Part shown: one piece after another, positions 48,214-60,995 of the stretch | How positions within the stretch are numbered: position 1 is the stretch's first letter | How the letters are laid out: each line of letters opens with the position of its first letter | NCBI GenBank assembly: GCA_903925515.1 | Contig: CAIYFP010000462.1 | Span: 1,358 to 65,357, forward strand | Reading direction: 5' to 3' | DNA length: 64,000 nt | From: an uncultured Verrucomicrobiota bacterium | GTDB lineage: Bacteria; Verrucomicrobiota; Verrucomicrobiia; Limisphaerales; UBA9464 | The notes under the pieces: model-generated | Database searches by the model: none | What the model was told of the DNA's origin: nothing | Seen by the model: the letters and a program-made list of their open reading frames with translations, nothing else | Translations under genes and position numbers: made by a program

Positions 48214-49185
48214 ATGTCCTCCCCATGCAAAGCCGGGCCGGTCCATGGCCCGGCTTTTCCATATCCAAGCCAGCCTTTTGGCAGGAACCGTTGGGTACTG
48301 GACGCGCGCTCGGGCGTGGACCGTGATGGCGGCTCGCCAAGGCGGCCCGCAGGGTTTCTCTGGGAATCCGAATGGCAAAGGGGCGGGGAAATGGCGCCCG
48401 GCCTGACCGTGTTCCTCTCCAACCGCGAATGTCCTTGGCGATGCGTGATGTGCGACCTGTGGCGGCATGCCATGCCAGGCCGGGTCGAGGAGGGGGACAT
48501 CCTTGCGCAATTGGACGAGGCGTTGGCCTCGCGGGGCAGCAGGCGGATGGATTGGCTGAAGCTCTACAACGCGGGTTCGTTCTTCGACCACGGTGCGATC
48601 CCGCCCTCCGCCTACGAGGGGATCGCCGTCCGGTGCTCTGGCGTGGGGCAGTTGGTGGTGGAAAGTCACCCGGCCTTGGTGGGACCTCGAATCGTGGGGT
48701 TTCGGCAAAGGCTGCCCACGGGTGTTCGCCTTGAGGTGGCGATGGGTCTGGAAACCGTGCATCCGGAGGCGCATGCCTTGCTGAACAAGCGGACCAGCCC
48801 GGGGGATTTTGAGCGGGCCGCCGCGTGGTTGCGCGATGCGGGCATGGACGTACGTCTGTTTCTCCTTACGAGGCCGCCGTTCCTTGGGGCGACCGCGGCG
48901 CGCGAGTGGCTGTTTCGGAGCGTGGACATGGCGTTGGACATGGGCGGCGACCCGGTGGTGGTGATTCCCACGAGGGGCGGGAACGGTGCGATGGAGAGGC
49001 TTCAGGCAGCCGGGCAATGGGAGGAGGCTCCGCTGGAATGGCTTGAGGACGCCGTGCTTCATGGGCGTTCCCGAGGCCTTGGCCGCGTGCTGGCGGACAC
49101 CTGGGGACTGTCGGAGCGATTTGCGGGCCAGCCTGGTGCGGTGGCGTTGATTGAACGACTGGAGAAGTTGAACCGGGGCGAATAA
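48214..49185 (+). CDS. radical SAM protein (COG1244/TIGR01210-like)
   Basis: CxxxCxxC cluster motif CPWRCVMC (nt 48430-48453), then DWLKLYNAGSFFD and LVVESHP...LEVAMGLETVHPE. Specific function unknown. Confidence 0.7.
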   Translation: MSSPCKAGPVHGPAFPYPSQPFGRNRWVLDARSGVDRDGGSPRRPAGFLWESEWQRGGEMAPGLTVFLSNRECPWRCVMCDLWRHAMPGRVEEGDILAQLDEALASRGSRRMDWLKLYNAGSFFDHGAIPPSAYEGIAVRCSGVGQLVVESHPALVGPRIVGFRQRLPTGVRLEVAMGLETVHPEAHALLNKRTSPGDFERAAAWLRDAGMDVRLFLLTRPPFLGATAAREWLFRSVDMALDMGGDPVVVIPTRGGNGAMERLQAAGQWEEAPLEWLEDAVLHGRSRGLGRVLADTWGLSERFAGQPGAVALIERLEKLNRGE

Positions 49186-49197
49186 CGGGCGGATGGA

Positions 49198-50606
<1,409 letters not shown>

Positions 50607-50619
<13 letters not shown>

Positions 50620-51971
50620 GGGAATGAGACGGTGAAGGTGGTGCCCCTCCGCGGGTTGGACGAAAACTCCAAGGTTCCGCCGTTGCGCTCGACGATGCGG
50701 GCGGAAATGGACAAGCCAAGCCCCGTGCCGTTTGACTTCGTCGTGAAGAACGGATCAAACAAGCGTTCCCTTGCCTCGGCGGAGAGGCCGGGACCGTCGT
50801 CTTCGATCTCGATGAGCGCGACGGGCGCGCCGTGGCCGGCCGGGCCCCTGACCGCCTTTCGGGCACGAAGTCGTACGTGGCCGTCATGCCCGGCGGCATC
50901 CATGGCATTTCGGACCAGGTTGAGGATGACCTGGTGGAACTGGGTCTTGTCGGTCCGGATGCGGAGGCCCGGCGGATTCGTGACGTCCACCGTGACCTGG
51001 CACGGGTTGTCCTCCGGGGCGAGCAGTTGCCGGATGTTGTCCAACGTCGTGACGGGGTCCACCAGGACGGGGGCGGGCTTGCTTGGCCTTGCGAAGTCGA
51101 GCACGGACCGGACGATGTCCTCGAGTCGGTTGATTTCCCGGTCGATCATCCGTGCGTCCTCCATGGCGGCGCAATCGGGAGGAAGCCTGCGTTGCTGGCT
51201 GAACAACCGGGCCTTGATCGCGGTCAGCGGGTTCCGAATCTCGTGGGCCACGCCTGCGGCGAGGATGCCGAGCGACGCGAGCTTCTCGCTGCGCCGGGCG
51301 GCCTCCTCGCTGGCGGTCACCCTGTTCTGCAAGGGCCTGAAGAGCCCACGCCAGACGATGACGGACAGCGTCGTGGCGAGGAGCACGGTGACGACCAAGG
51401 TTGCCGCGACGAGGAGCACGAGCCGTTGCAGGCGGACGCGAGCCAAGAGCGTGGTTTGCTCGAGGGATGCTTGGCGCTCACGCAGGAGGGTCCTGATGGT
51501 TGCGGCCATCTCCGACGCCTGGTCGCCAAGGGCGATAATGTCCGGCGCCAGCGAGGATCTGTTTGCGCCGCCTGCAATCTTGTCATGCGCCCGACGCGAT
51601 GTTTCTTCGTAGCCCGCAAGGTTCGTCAGGAGGCTGCCAACGTGCGAGGCCTCGGCCTGCGACGTCGCGGTCCGCCGTTGGTTTTCAAGTGACGTCTCGA
51701 TGCGGTTGCGGGTGGCCTCGAACTTTTCCCAGTGCGTCTCCAGCTTGGTGGCCTCGAAGCGCCTGAAGTGCGAGCGCAACTCATGCAGGTCGGCGGCAAA
51801 CGTGTCGCCCAGCCTGAGGCCGACGAGCTTCTCCTCGGACAGGCGCGCCGCGATTTGATCAGCCGTATCCCAAGCAAGCCAACCGGTCCAGACCAAGCCC
51901 ACGAGGGTGCCTGCGGTTACCATGGCGAAGGCCATCAAACGTCCACGCATCGGCGTCATGATACCATGCAC
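50607..51971 (-). CDS. sensor histidine kinase
   Basis: Two TM segments flank a ~150-aa helical sensor region. H-box GVAHEIRNPLTAI. HATPase_c (DDGPGL...FDPFFTTK..GTGLGLSI). It overlaps the regulator start by 13 nt. Start is GTG 51971 or ATG 51959. Confidence 0.9.
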
Positions 51972-52250
51972 CGTGGATTGGGTGGCAAGGTCGCCGGTTG
52001 GCGATCACGGCGCAGCAACTCCCCCACTTGGCCCATGCCGGCCTCTTCTCATGGACAATTTCATTCCAGGGACGGGATGCTTCCTGTTCAGGTGCCGGTG
52101 TCTTGGCGGACGTTCCTTCCCGTGGAAGGCACTAAACACGCATGGAATCGCCCGAGCGAAGGAGGGGCTTGGTTTGTCGCCGCTCATTTGCGGACGTCCG
52201 CCCGGGTTTTCACCCGCGTAAACCAGCAAAAACAGGGTGCGCGCCCATGT

Positions 52251-52266
52251 TGGCATGCAAATAGCA
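52251..52266 (+). promoter_or_regulatory. candidate sigma-54 (-24/-12) promoter
   Basis: TGGCATgcaaaTAGCA: GG (52252-53) and GC (52264-65) are 10 nt apart, compared with the consensus TGGCAC-N5-TTGCW. It lies in the divergent intergenic region next to the NtrC-type operon, ~165 nt upstream of the receiver gene. Confidence 0.5.
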
Positions 52267-52428
52267 GCCCACCCATGGGGCAACGTCCTCACAATGACGT
52301 GAGGCAGCGCGGCGTCCCGTGGTGGTCGTGGCGCCAAGGCGTTCGTAGCTTGGGGTACTCGGGGTGCGCGCATGGGAGTTGCCCGAATGGTTGGTGTCCA
52401 CTCCATGGACTTGGTCAACACAAATGAA

Positions 52429-52836
52429 ATGCGGTTGGCGGGGGATGTCGTGAGACTTGCTTTGGTGGACCCTGATCCTTCGGTCAGGGATGCCGTGGCC
52501 GGTGCGATAAGCATGCTGGGCTTCAGCATCACGTCCGCGACCGGTACCTTGGGTGAGGTCGGCATGGAGATCTGGGAACACGTGGATGTGATCTTGGTGG
52601 ACTGGGCCGCATTCAAGGCGGTTGCATGGCAGGAGTGGATCCGCAAGTGGAACGACGATTCTCGCGCATGCTTGGTCCTCATGAGCGTGAACCGGGACGC
52701 TGCCATGGTGGCGGAAGAGCTGTCCCTTGGCGGATTCATTGAGAAGCCGATGAGTTTTCCCGCCGCGATCGAGAGGCTTGGCGAGTTGGTCCGACGTAGG
52801 AGCATGGAGAGGAAGCAAAGGTTGGGCGCCTGTTAA
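52429..52836 (+). CDS. single-domain CheY-like response regulator receiver protein
   Basis: All receiver landmarks are in order: LALVDPDP (acidic pocket), DVILVDW (phospho-Asp position), LVLMSV (Ser/Thr), GFIEKPMS (Lys-Pro). Start is ATG 52429 (MRLAGDVVRLALVD), or further upstream at 52372. Confidence 0.6.
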   Translation: MRLAGDVVRLALVDPDPSVRDAVAGAISMLGFSITSATGTLGEVGMEIWEHVDVILVDWAAFKAVAWQEWIRKWNDDSRACLVLMSVNRDAAMVAEELSLGGFIEKPMSFPAAIERLGELVRRRSMERKQRLGAC

Positions 52837-53598
52837 GGAAGCTTTGGCGCCGGCTGCCATGATGAGGGTCACGCCGACCGTCCCACCCCGGCGGACCCTT
52901 GGGCGGCCGGCGCCTTTTACCTTCCCGAGGCGAGTGCCGCCCAAGTTCGACAAGCCGCGATTCGAAGCGATCCCCGCCGCCCGAGGTCGGCAGTGAAGGA
53001 CGGAAAGGTTTCCACGCGGGCGGAGGGACACCGCTCGGGCGCAACGGCTACCACGAATTCATGGGTGCCGAAGCTGATACCGGCGGCTTCGGCGTGGAAC
53101 TCCTTGCGGCTCTGCTGGGCTTCGTGGTCTCGGCCAAGCCACCGCTTGCGCGGGTGCCCCCCAATCCCCCGCAGGGAGGAGGGAATCTGTCGATCCCCGA
53201 GCGGAAGGGTTGGGGCAGGCTGCGTGCCAACGCGCCATCTTGGCGGATGGGCATGAAACCAAGCATGGGCATCCACGGCACTGGGTTTTTGCCTTGTGGC
53301 GGCATGGCGTGTGGAACTCCCCGCTGCATGAATCTCGGAATCCGTGCATGCGGCGGCTTGGATTGTTTCGCGCCATGACGCCAAGACGAAATGAGGGCCT
53401 GTTTTTTCAAGCCTCCGTCGGCGCGGCGTGAGGCGAGAACCGGGAACTCGGGAACGGCTTGCGAGCGGATCAGGGTTGGAACCCGATCGCTTGACGCTGT
53501 CCGGGCGCGTCCGCACGATGCGCGGCCGAGCGTGGCCATGGGCGGGGCAAGTTCATGCATCCGGACCGAGGCCTACCATTTCTTAGCAATTCCAGTTC

Positions 53599-56307
<2,709 letters not shown>

Positions 56308-56333
56308 CGCGCAAGGACCCGCAAGGCCGCCCC

Positions 56334-57023
56334 GTGAAGACGATCTTGCTGACCGGGGTGTCGCGCGGGCTCGGGCGGGCGTTGCTGGGCGAGTTCGATC
56401 GCCTTGGACACCGCGTCCTAGGTTGCGCCCGTTCCGCGGACGCCGTCCATGAGCTTCAACGCGACTTTGGCTCGCCTCATTGCCTTCAAGTCGTGGATGT
56501 CGCGGATGACGCGCAGGTCCAATGCTGGGCGCGCCGGATGCTTGGGGAGTTCGACGTGCCGGACGTGGTGATCAACAACGCGGCGCTCATGAACCGTCCG
56601 GGCCCGATATGGTCCGTGCCCGCCGCCGAGTTCCGCCAGTTGATGGCGGTCAACGTGGACGGGATCTTCCACATGGCCCGTCATTTCCTGCCGGCCATGG
56701 TTCGGCGCGGGTCGGGCGTGTGGGTGAACGTGAGCTCCGGCTGGGGACGCACGACGGACGGCGGCGTGGCCCCGTACTGCGCGTCGAAATGGGCGGTGGA
56801 GGGGTTGTCGCAGTCGATGGCTCATGAGGTGCCGCAGGGCATGGCGGTGGTCGCGCTCAATCCGGGCATCATCGACACGGACATGCTGCGGCTTTGTTGG
56901 CCCGGCAACGCGGCCTCGTTTGAGGGCCCCATGGCATGGGCGCGCCGCGTGGCTCCGTGGTTGCTTCGCCTCGATGAGTCGTGCAACGGCCAGTCCCTGA
57001 CGGCGCCGGGGGGGACCTGTTGA
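56334..57023 (+). CDS. SDR-family oxidoreductase
   Basis: GTG start at 56334 gives (M)KTILLTGVSRGLGRAL (TGxxxGxG). NNAA motif; catalytic YCASK (YxxxK). Confidence 0.8.
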   Translation: MKTILLTGVSRGLGRALLGEFDRLGHRVLGCARSADAVHELQRDFGSPHCLQVVDVADDAQVQCWARRMLGEFDVPDVVINNAALMNRPGPIWSVPAAEFRQLMAVNVDGIFHMARHFLPAMVRRGSGVWVNVSSGWGRTTDGGVAPYCASKWAVEGLSQSMAHEVPQGMAVVALNPGIIDTDMLRLCWPGNAASFEGPMAWARRVAPWLLRLDESCNGQSLTAPGGTC

Positions 57024-57052
57024 AGGCCCAGGGTCCACCGTTTCCCGGGCCC

Positions 57053-57787
57053 GTGGCGGTCACGGGCTCGTCCGGCCGCATCGGCCGGGCTGTCGTGCGT
57101 GCGTTGACGGGCGCGGGCATCGCCACGCGGTTGCTGGACCGCGTCCCGTTCCCCGGTCGTCCGGACGCCTTCGTCTCGGGGTTGGCCAACGTGGACGTGC
57201 TGGAACGGGCGTTTGAGGGGGCCGCTGCGTTGGTGCACCTCGCGGCCACGCCGGACGACGCGGACTTCGACGCATGCCTTGTCCCCGACAACATCCTGGG
57301 TCTGGAGCGGGTACTTTCGGCGGCCGTCCGGGCGGGCATCCGGCGCTGGGTGCTGGCCAGCAGCATCCAGGTCAACATACGGCAATCGCGCGAGGGCCCA
57401 TGGCCGGTGCGGGTGACGGACCCGATCACGCCGCTGCGGTGGTACGCCGCGACGAAGGTGTTCATGGAGTCGGCGGGCTATTCGCACGCGCGCGATCATG
57501 GCCTTGAGGTGGTGTCGATCCGGCTGGGCTGGTGCCCGCGCGACATGGGGCAGGTGCGCCAGATCGAGGGGGAGGGGATCGCGCAGGACACGTACCTGAG
57601 CCCCGGTGACGCGGGTGGGCTCGTGCTTGCGGCGGTGACGCGGCCGGTGCCCGCGGGCCATCACGTGGTGTTCGGGACGAGTCGGCCCGTGCGCGACTGG
57701 GTCTTCGACCCGGCGCCCGCGCGGCAATTGCTGGGTTGGGAACCCTTGGACGCATGGCCCGTCGGGGCGGTAGCCTTCGGGCCATGA
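57053..57787 (+). CDS. NAD-dependent epimerase/dehydratase family protein
   Basis: GTG at 57053 gives (M)AVTGSSGRIGRAVVRAL (Rossmann GxxGxxG), with YAATK (YxxxK). Alternative TTG/CTG starts at 57017-57020 overlap the upstream stop. Confidence 0.7.
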   Translation: MAVTGSSGRIGRAVVRALTGAGIATRLLDRVPFPGRPDAFVSGLANVDVLERAFEGAAALVHLAATPDDADFDACLVPDNILGLERVLSAAVRAGIRRWVLASSIQVNIRQSREGPWPVRVTDPITPLRWYAATKVFMESAGYSHARDHGLEVVSIRLGWCPRDMGQVRQIEGEGIAQDTYLSPGDAGGLVLAAVTRPVPAGHHVVFGTSRPVRDWVFDPAPARQLLGWEPLDAWPVGAVAFGP

Positions 57788-58629
57788 GACGCGGGTTGCA
57801 ACGGTTCGTTGGGGTGGTGTTCGTGGCGGCAGGCCTTGTGGCGGCCGAGACGAACCGCATGGACGGCGTGGTGGCGCTGTGGAGGTTGGGCAAGGTGGAC
57901 GATGCGTTCGCGGCGGCTGCGGCGGCGTTGAAGGAGGAGCCGCGCAACGCCCGGTTGTTCAACCTGCGGGCGCAGATGCGCTCGATGACGGGCCAGCATG
58001 CGTTGGCCGACGAGGACCTGACGGCGGCGATCGGGCTGGAGCCGGACTCGGCGTCGTTGCACCAGACGCGCGGCCAGTTGCGGTTCCGCCTTGGGCGAAT
58101 CGAGGACGCGGTGAAGGACTTCGACCGCGCGAACGAGCTGGCGCCGCGGTTGGTGCCGCAGAACTGGCAGCGCGGGATCGCCCTGTACTACGCGGGGCGC
58201 TTCAAGGATGGGCGCCAGCAGTTCGAGGTCCACCAGACGCACAACACGCAGGACGTCGAGAACGCCGCATGGCACTTCCTTTGCACCGCGCGCGAGCAGG
58301 GCATCGAGGCCGCCCGCAAGTCCCTCATCCCCATCGAGCGCGACGCCCGCGTGCCCATGCGGGAGATTCAATCGTTGTTCGCGGGCAAGGCGTCTGCGCA
58401 AGATGTCCTGACGGCGGCCGGGAAGGCCGAGGACAAGGACGCGCGGCGCGAGCAGGAGTTCTACGCCCATCTGTACCTTGGCCTCTACTTCGAGGCCATG
58501 CAGGACCTGCCCAGGCGGGACCTGCACATTCGCAAGGCCGCCGAGCTCTCCGACAAAGACAACTACATGGGAATCGTTTCACGTATCCACCTCGACCGCC
58601 TCAAGGCCGCGCCGGCCTCCAAGCCATGA
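57784..58629 (+). CDS. TPR-repeat protein (NlpI-like), signal peptide
   Basis: The ATG at 57784 overlaps the upstream TGA (ATGA). MRRGLQRFVGVVFVAAGLVAAE. TPR-like repeats (NARLFNLRAQMRSMTGQHALADEDLTAAIGLEP...). Confidence 0.7.
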   Translation: MRRGLQRFVGVVFVAAGLVAAETNRMDGVVALWRLGKVDDAFAAAAAALKEEPRNARLFNLRAQMRSMTGQHALADEDLTAAIGLEPDSASLHQTRGQLRFRLGRIEDAVKDFDRANELAPRLVPQNWQRGIALYYAGRFKDGRQQFEVHQTHNTQDVENAAWHFLCTAREQGIEAARKSLIPIERDARVPMREIQSLFAGKASAQDVLTAAGKAEDKDARREQEFYAHLYLGLYFEAMQDLPRRDLHIRKAAELSDKDNYMGIVSRIHLDRLKAAPASKP

Positions 58630-60917
58630 ATCCTCCTGAAGACGGCGGCAAGGCTCCGTTCTGGAGGAACGCCCCGCGCGGCGGCGCACCCCGCGGCCGG
58701 CCGTGGGGCGCGGGCCCGGCACGGGAAGGCAGGCCGGTAGGCGGTCGCCCGTGGCAGCAACGTCCGGCACCGTGGCGTCAGCGCGGCCCCGGGGATGCGG
58801 GCCCGGCCTCGCCGGGCGGTCCCGAGGATCGCGGCGGGTTCTCCGGCGGGGATCGCCGTCCGCGCCCGTATGGCTTCCGTGACGAAAACCGGCCGCAAGG
58901 CGGGCGGCCATGGCAGCAGGGTCCCCGGCGCCCGGAGGGCTTCCGCGAGGGTGGATTCCGCCCGGATGGACCGCGCCCGCAAGGACCGCGCCCCTTCGGC
59001 GGGCGGCCTTCCTACGGGGATCGGCGACCTCCGTTCCAACGGCCGTCCTTCGGCGAACGGGGGCCATGGCGCGGGCCGCGTCCCGGCCCCGGTTTCCAAG
59101 CGGGTGGCGACGATCGACGCGAGGGTTTCCGACCCGATGGACCTTCCCCGGCAGGGCCACGTCCCTTCGCTGGACGTCCTTCCTACGGCGACCGGCGTCC
59201 TCGCTTCCAACGATCGTTCGGGCAACGGCCTTCCTTTGGCGAACGCGGGCCATGGCGCGGGCCGCGTCCCGGCCCCGGTTTCAATGCTGGTGGCGACGAT
59301 CGACGCGAGGATTTCCAAGGGTCGCGTCGGCCGTTTGACCCCAGGGGCCGTGGGCCCTCCTCGTTCGGAGGAGAGCGCCCCTCGTTTCGCCCGCCGTTCC
59401 GTCGGGACGACGGGGGCGAGCGTCCACCCTTTGGGTCGCGTCCGCCGCGTTCCTTCCCCCCGGAGCGCCCGGGGTCCCGAGAGCCCGTCTCCGGGGCGGA
59501 CGCAGGCGCTGCTCCCGAGGCTCCCCCGGCGCCGCGTGCGTATGACCCGCGTGACGAACACGGCGCCGCCGCCGGGCCGCGCGAGGGCAGCCATGGCGGT
59601 GAGGGCGGGCGACCGCCGTTTCGGGGCCGGCCTTTCGATCGACGACCCCGTTGGGGCGACCACGGAGGGCGACCTTCGGCGGGCGGTTACCGGGGACGTC
59701 GTGCCGAGGAAGCCGGCGTTGGCCCCGGGGGCACGGATGAGGGGCCATCGGCGCGTCCCATTCGCAAGCGTCAGGAGCGAACGCCGGTGCAATGGGCGGC
59801 GCGGGTCGTGGCGCGGTCCGGGCCGGAGCGGGCGGCGGACCGGGAGCTGCGCTCGACGATGAAGATGGCGAGCGGCCTGACCCCGGAGGAGACGCGATGG
59901 ATCAGCCGCGCGGTCTTCGCGTACTTCCGCTGGCAAGGCTGGCTGGACGGCGATAGGCCGCTGGAGAGGCGAATCGACCAGGCTGCCGGGTTCGCGGACA
60001 CGTTTGCGCGAAAGCCCGGATTCGTGCCCGACGCGGAACTCATGGAACGTGCGGTGCCTGCATGGGTCCGCGAGGCGATGGATGTGCCAGCGGAATGGAT
60101 TCGTGCGTTGCAAGCGGAGCCGCGGCTTTGGCTGCGCGCGCGTCCTGGCAAGGGCGGCGAGCTCGCTGCCGCGTTGGGTGGCGAGCCCGACGCCGTGGCG
60201 GGGCCGGTGCCGGACTCGGTTGAATACCGGGGCCTGAAGGACCTGTTCCGGACGCCCTCGTTTCACAAGGGGGAATTCGAGATCCAGGACGTGGCTTCGC
60301 AGGCGGTGGCGCATTGCTGCATCGCGGCCATGCCCGCCGCCGAGGTGCGTTGGTGGGACGTCTGCGCGGGCGAGGGCGGCAAGACGTTGCACCTTGCCGA
60401 CCTCCTTGCGGGCAAGGGAACCGTGATGGCAACAGACCGGGCCGAGTGGCGGCTGGACCGCTTGCAGCAGCGGTTGTCCCGGGCTCGGATCCGGGGCGTT
60501 CGCTGGGAGTTGTGGGACGAGTCCCTGCCGGTGCCGGGCGGTGGCGAATTTGACGGCGTCCTTGTGGATGCCCCATGCACGGGTCTCGGGACGTGGGGCC
60601 GAAACCCCCACGCCCGCTGGACCGTCCAGCCGAAGGACGTCGAGGAGCTTGTCGTGCGTCAACTCGCGTTGCTCGGCCGGGCGGCGGAGGCCGTCCGGCC
60701 GGGCGGACGCCTGGTGTACTCGGTGTGCACGCTGACCCGCGCGGAGACGGCGGGCGCGGTCGAGGCCTTTGGCAAGGCCCATGCGGATTTCGAGCCGTTC
60801 CCATTCGCGAATCCGTTCGTGCCGGACGCCCCGGCGTCGCCGTCCCACCTCTTCTGGCCGCAAGTCACGGGGGGCAGCGGGATGTTCGTCGCGCAGTGGC
60901 GCCGGCGCGAGTCCTGA
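58626..60917 (+). CDS. RsmB/NOL1/NOP2/Sun-family RNA m5C methyltransferase with ~390-aa Arg/Gly/Pro-rich N-terminal extension
   Basis: The ATG at 58626 overlaps the upstream TGA (ATGA). C-terminal catalytic domain: FEIQDVASQ, DVCAGEGGKTLHLA, DGVLVDAPCTGLGTWGRNP (motif IV Cys), LVYSVCTL (motif VI Cys). Upstream of 58626 the track ORF 57879..60917 overlaps the TPR gene out of frame. Confidence 0.8.
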   Translation: MNPPEDGGKAPFWRNAPRGGAPRGRPWGAGPAREGRPVGGRPWQQRPAPWRQRGPGDAGPASPGGPEDRGGFSGGDRRPRPYGFRDENRPQGGRPWQQGPRRPEGFREGGFRPDGPRPQGPRPFGGRPSYGDRRPPFQRPSFGERGPWRGPRPGPGFQAGGDDRREGFRPDGPSPAGPRPFAGRPSYGDRRPRFQRSFGQRPSFGERGPWRGPRPGPGFNAGGDDRREDFQGSRRPFDPRGRGPSSFGGERPSFRPPFRRDDGGERPPFGSRPPRSFPPERPGSREPVSGADAGAAPEAPPAPRAYDPRDEHGAAAGPREGSHGGEGGRPPFRGRPFDRRPRWGDHGGRPSAGGYRGRRAEEAGVGPGGTDEGPSARPIRKRQERTPVQWAARVVARSGPERAADRELRSTMKMASGLTPEETRWISRAVFAYFRWQGWLDGDRPLERRIDQAAGFADTFARKPGFVPDAELMERAVPAWVREAMDVPAEWIRALQAEPRLWLRARPGKGGELAAALGGEPDAVAGPVPDSVEYRGLKDLFRTPSFHKGEFEIQDVASQAVAHCCIAAMPAAEVRWWDVCAGEGGKTLHLADLLAGKGTVMATDRAEWRLDRLQQRLSRARIRGVRWELWDESLPVPGGGEFDGVLVDAPCTGLGTWGRNPHARWTVQPKDVEELVVRQLALLGRAAEAVRPGGRLVYSVCTLTRAETAGAVEAFGKAHADFEPFPFANPFVPDAPASPSHLFWPQVTGGSGMFVAQWRRRES
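58956..59312 (+). repeat. in-frame tandem duplication (57 aa + 62 aa) in the RG/P-rich extension
   Basis: FRPDGPRPQGPRPFGGRPSYGDRRPPFQRPSFGERGPWRGPRPGPGFQAGGDDRREG (from 58956) is followed by FRPDGPSPAGPRPFAGRPSYGDRRPRFQRSFGQRPSFGERGPWRGPRPGPGFNAGGDDRRED (from 59127). Confidence 0.85.
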
Positions 60918-60995
60918 CCCCGGAGCAACGGACGGTTGGCAGGCGGCGTGAAATGCCTTGCCAACCCTCTCGTCGGGTCGCGTGATGAACCCGTC

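Noticed and set aside
52917-53560. Degraded REP/IS200-like transposase remnant on the minus strand of the unassigned region (e.g. ...RKEFHAEAAGISFGTHEFVV...)
   Set aside because: The resemblance to the ...G.xVHAYVLM.NH.H... region of such transposases is weak and confined to about 20 residues. The YHV and HxH motifs are absent, and the frames are interrupted. This is not supportable without a database search.
57879-58625. Upstream 249 codons of the 1012-aa ORF 57879..60917 as part of the methyltransferase gene
   Set aside because: This part overlaps the TPR gene (57784-58629) in another frame and is Arg/Gly/Ala-rich. The ATG at 58626 forms an ATGA overlap with the TPR stop, which is the more parsimonious start.
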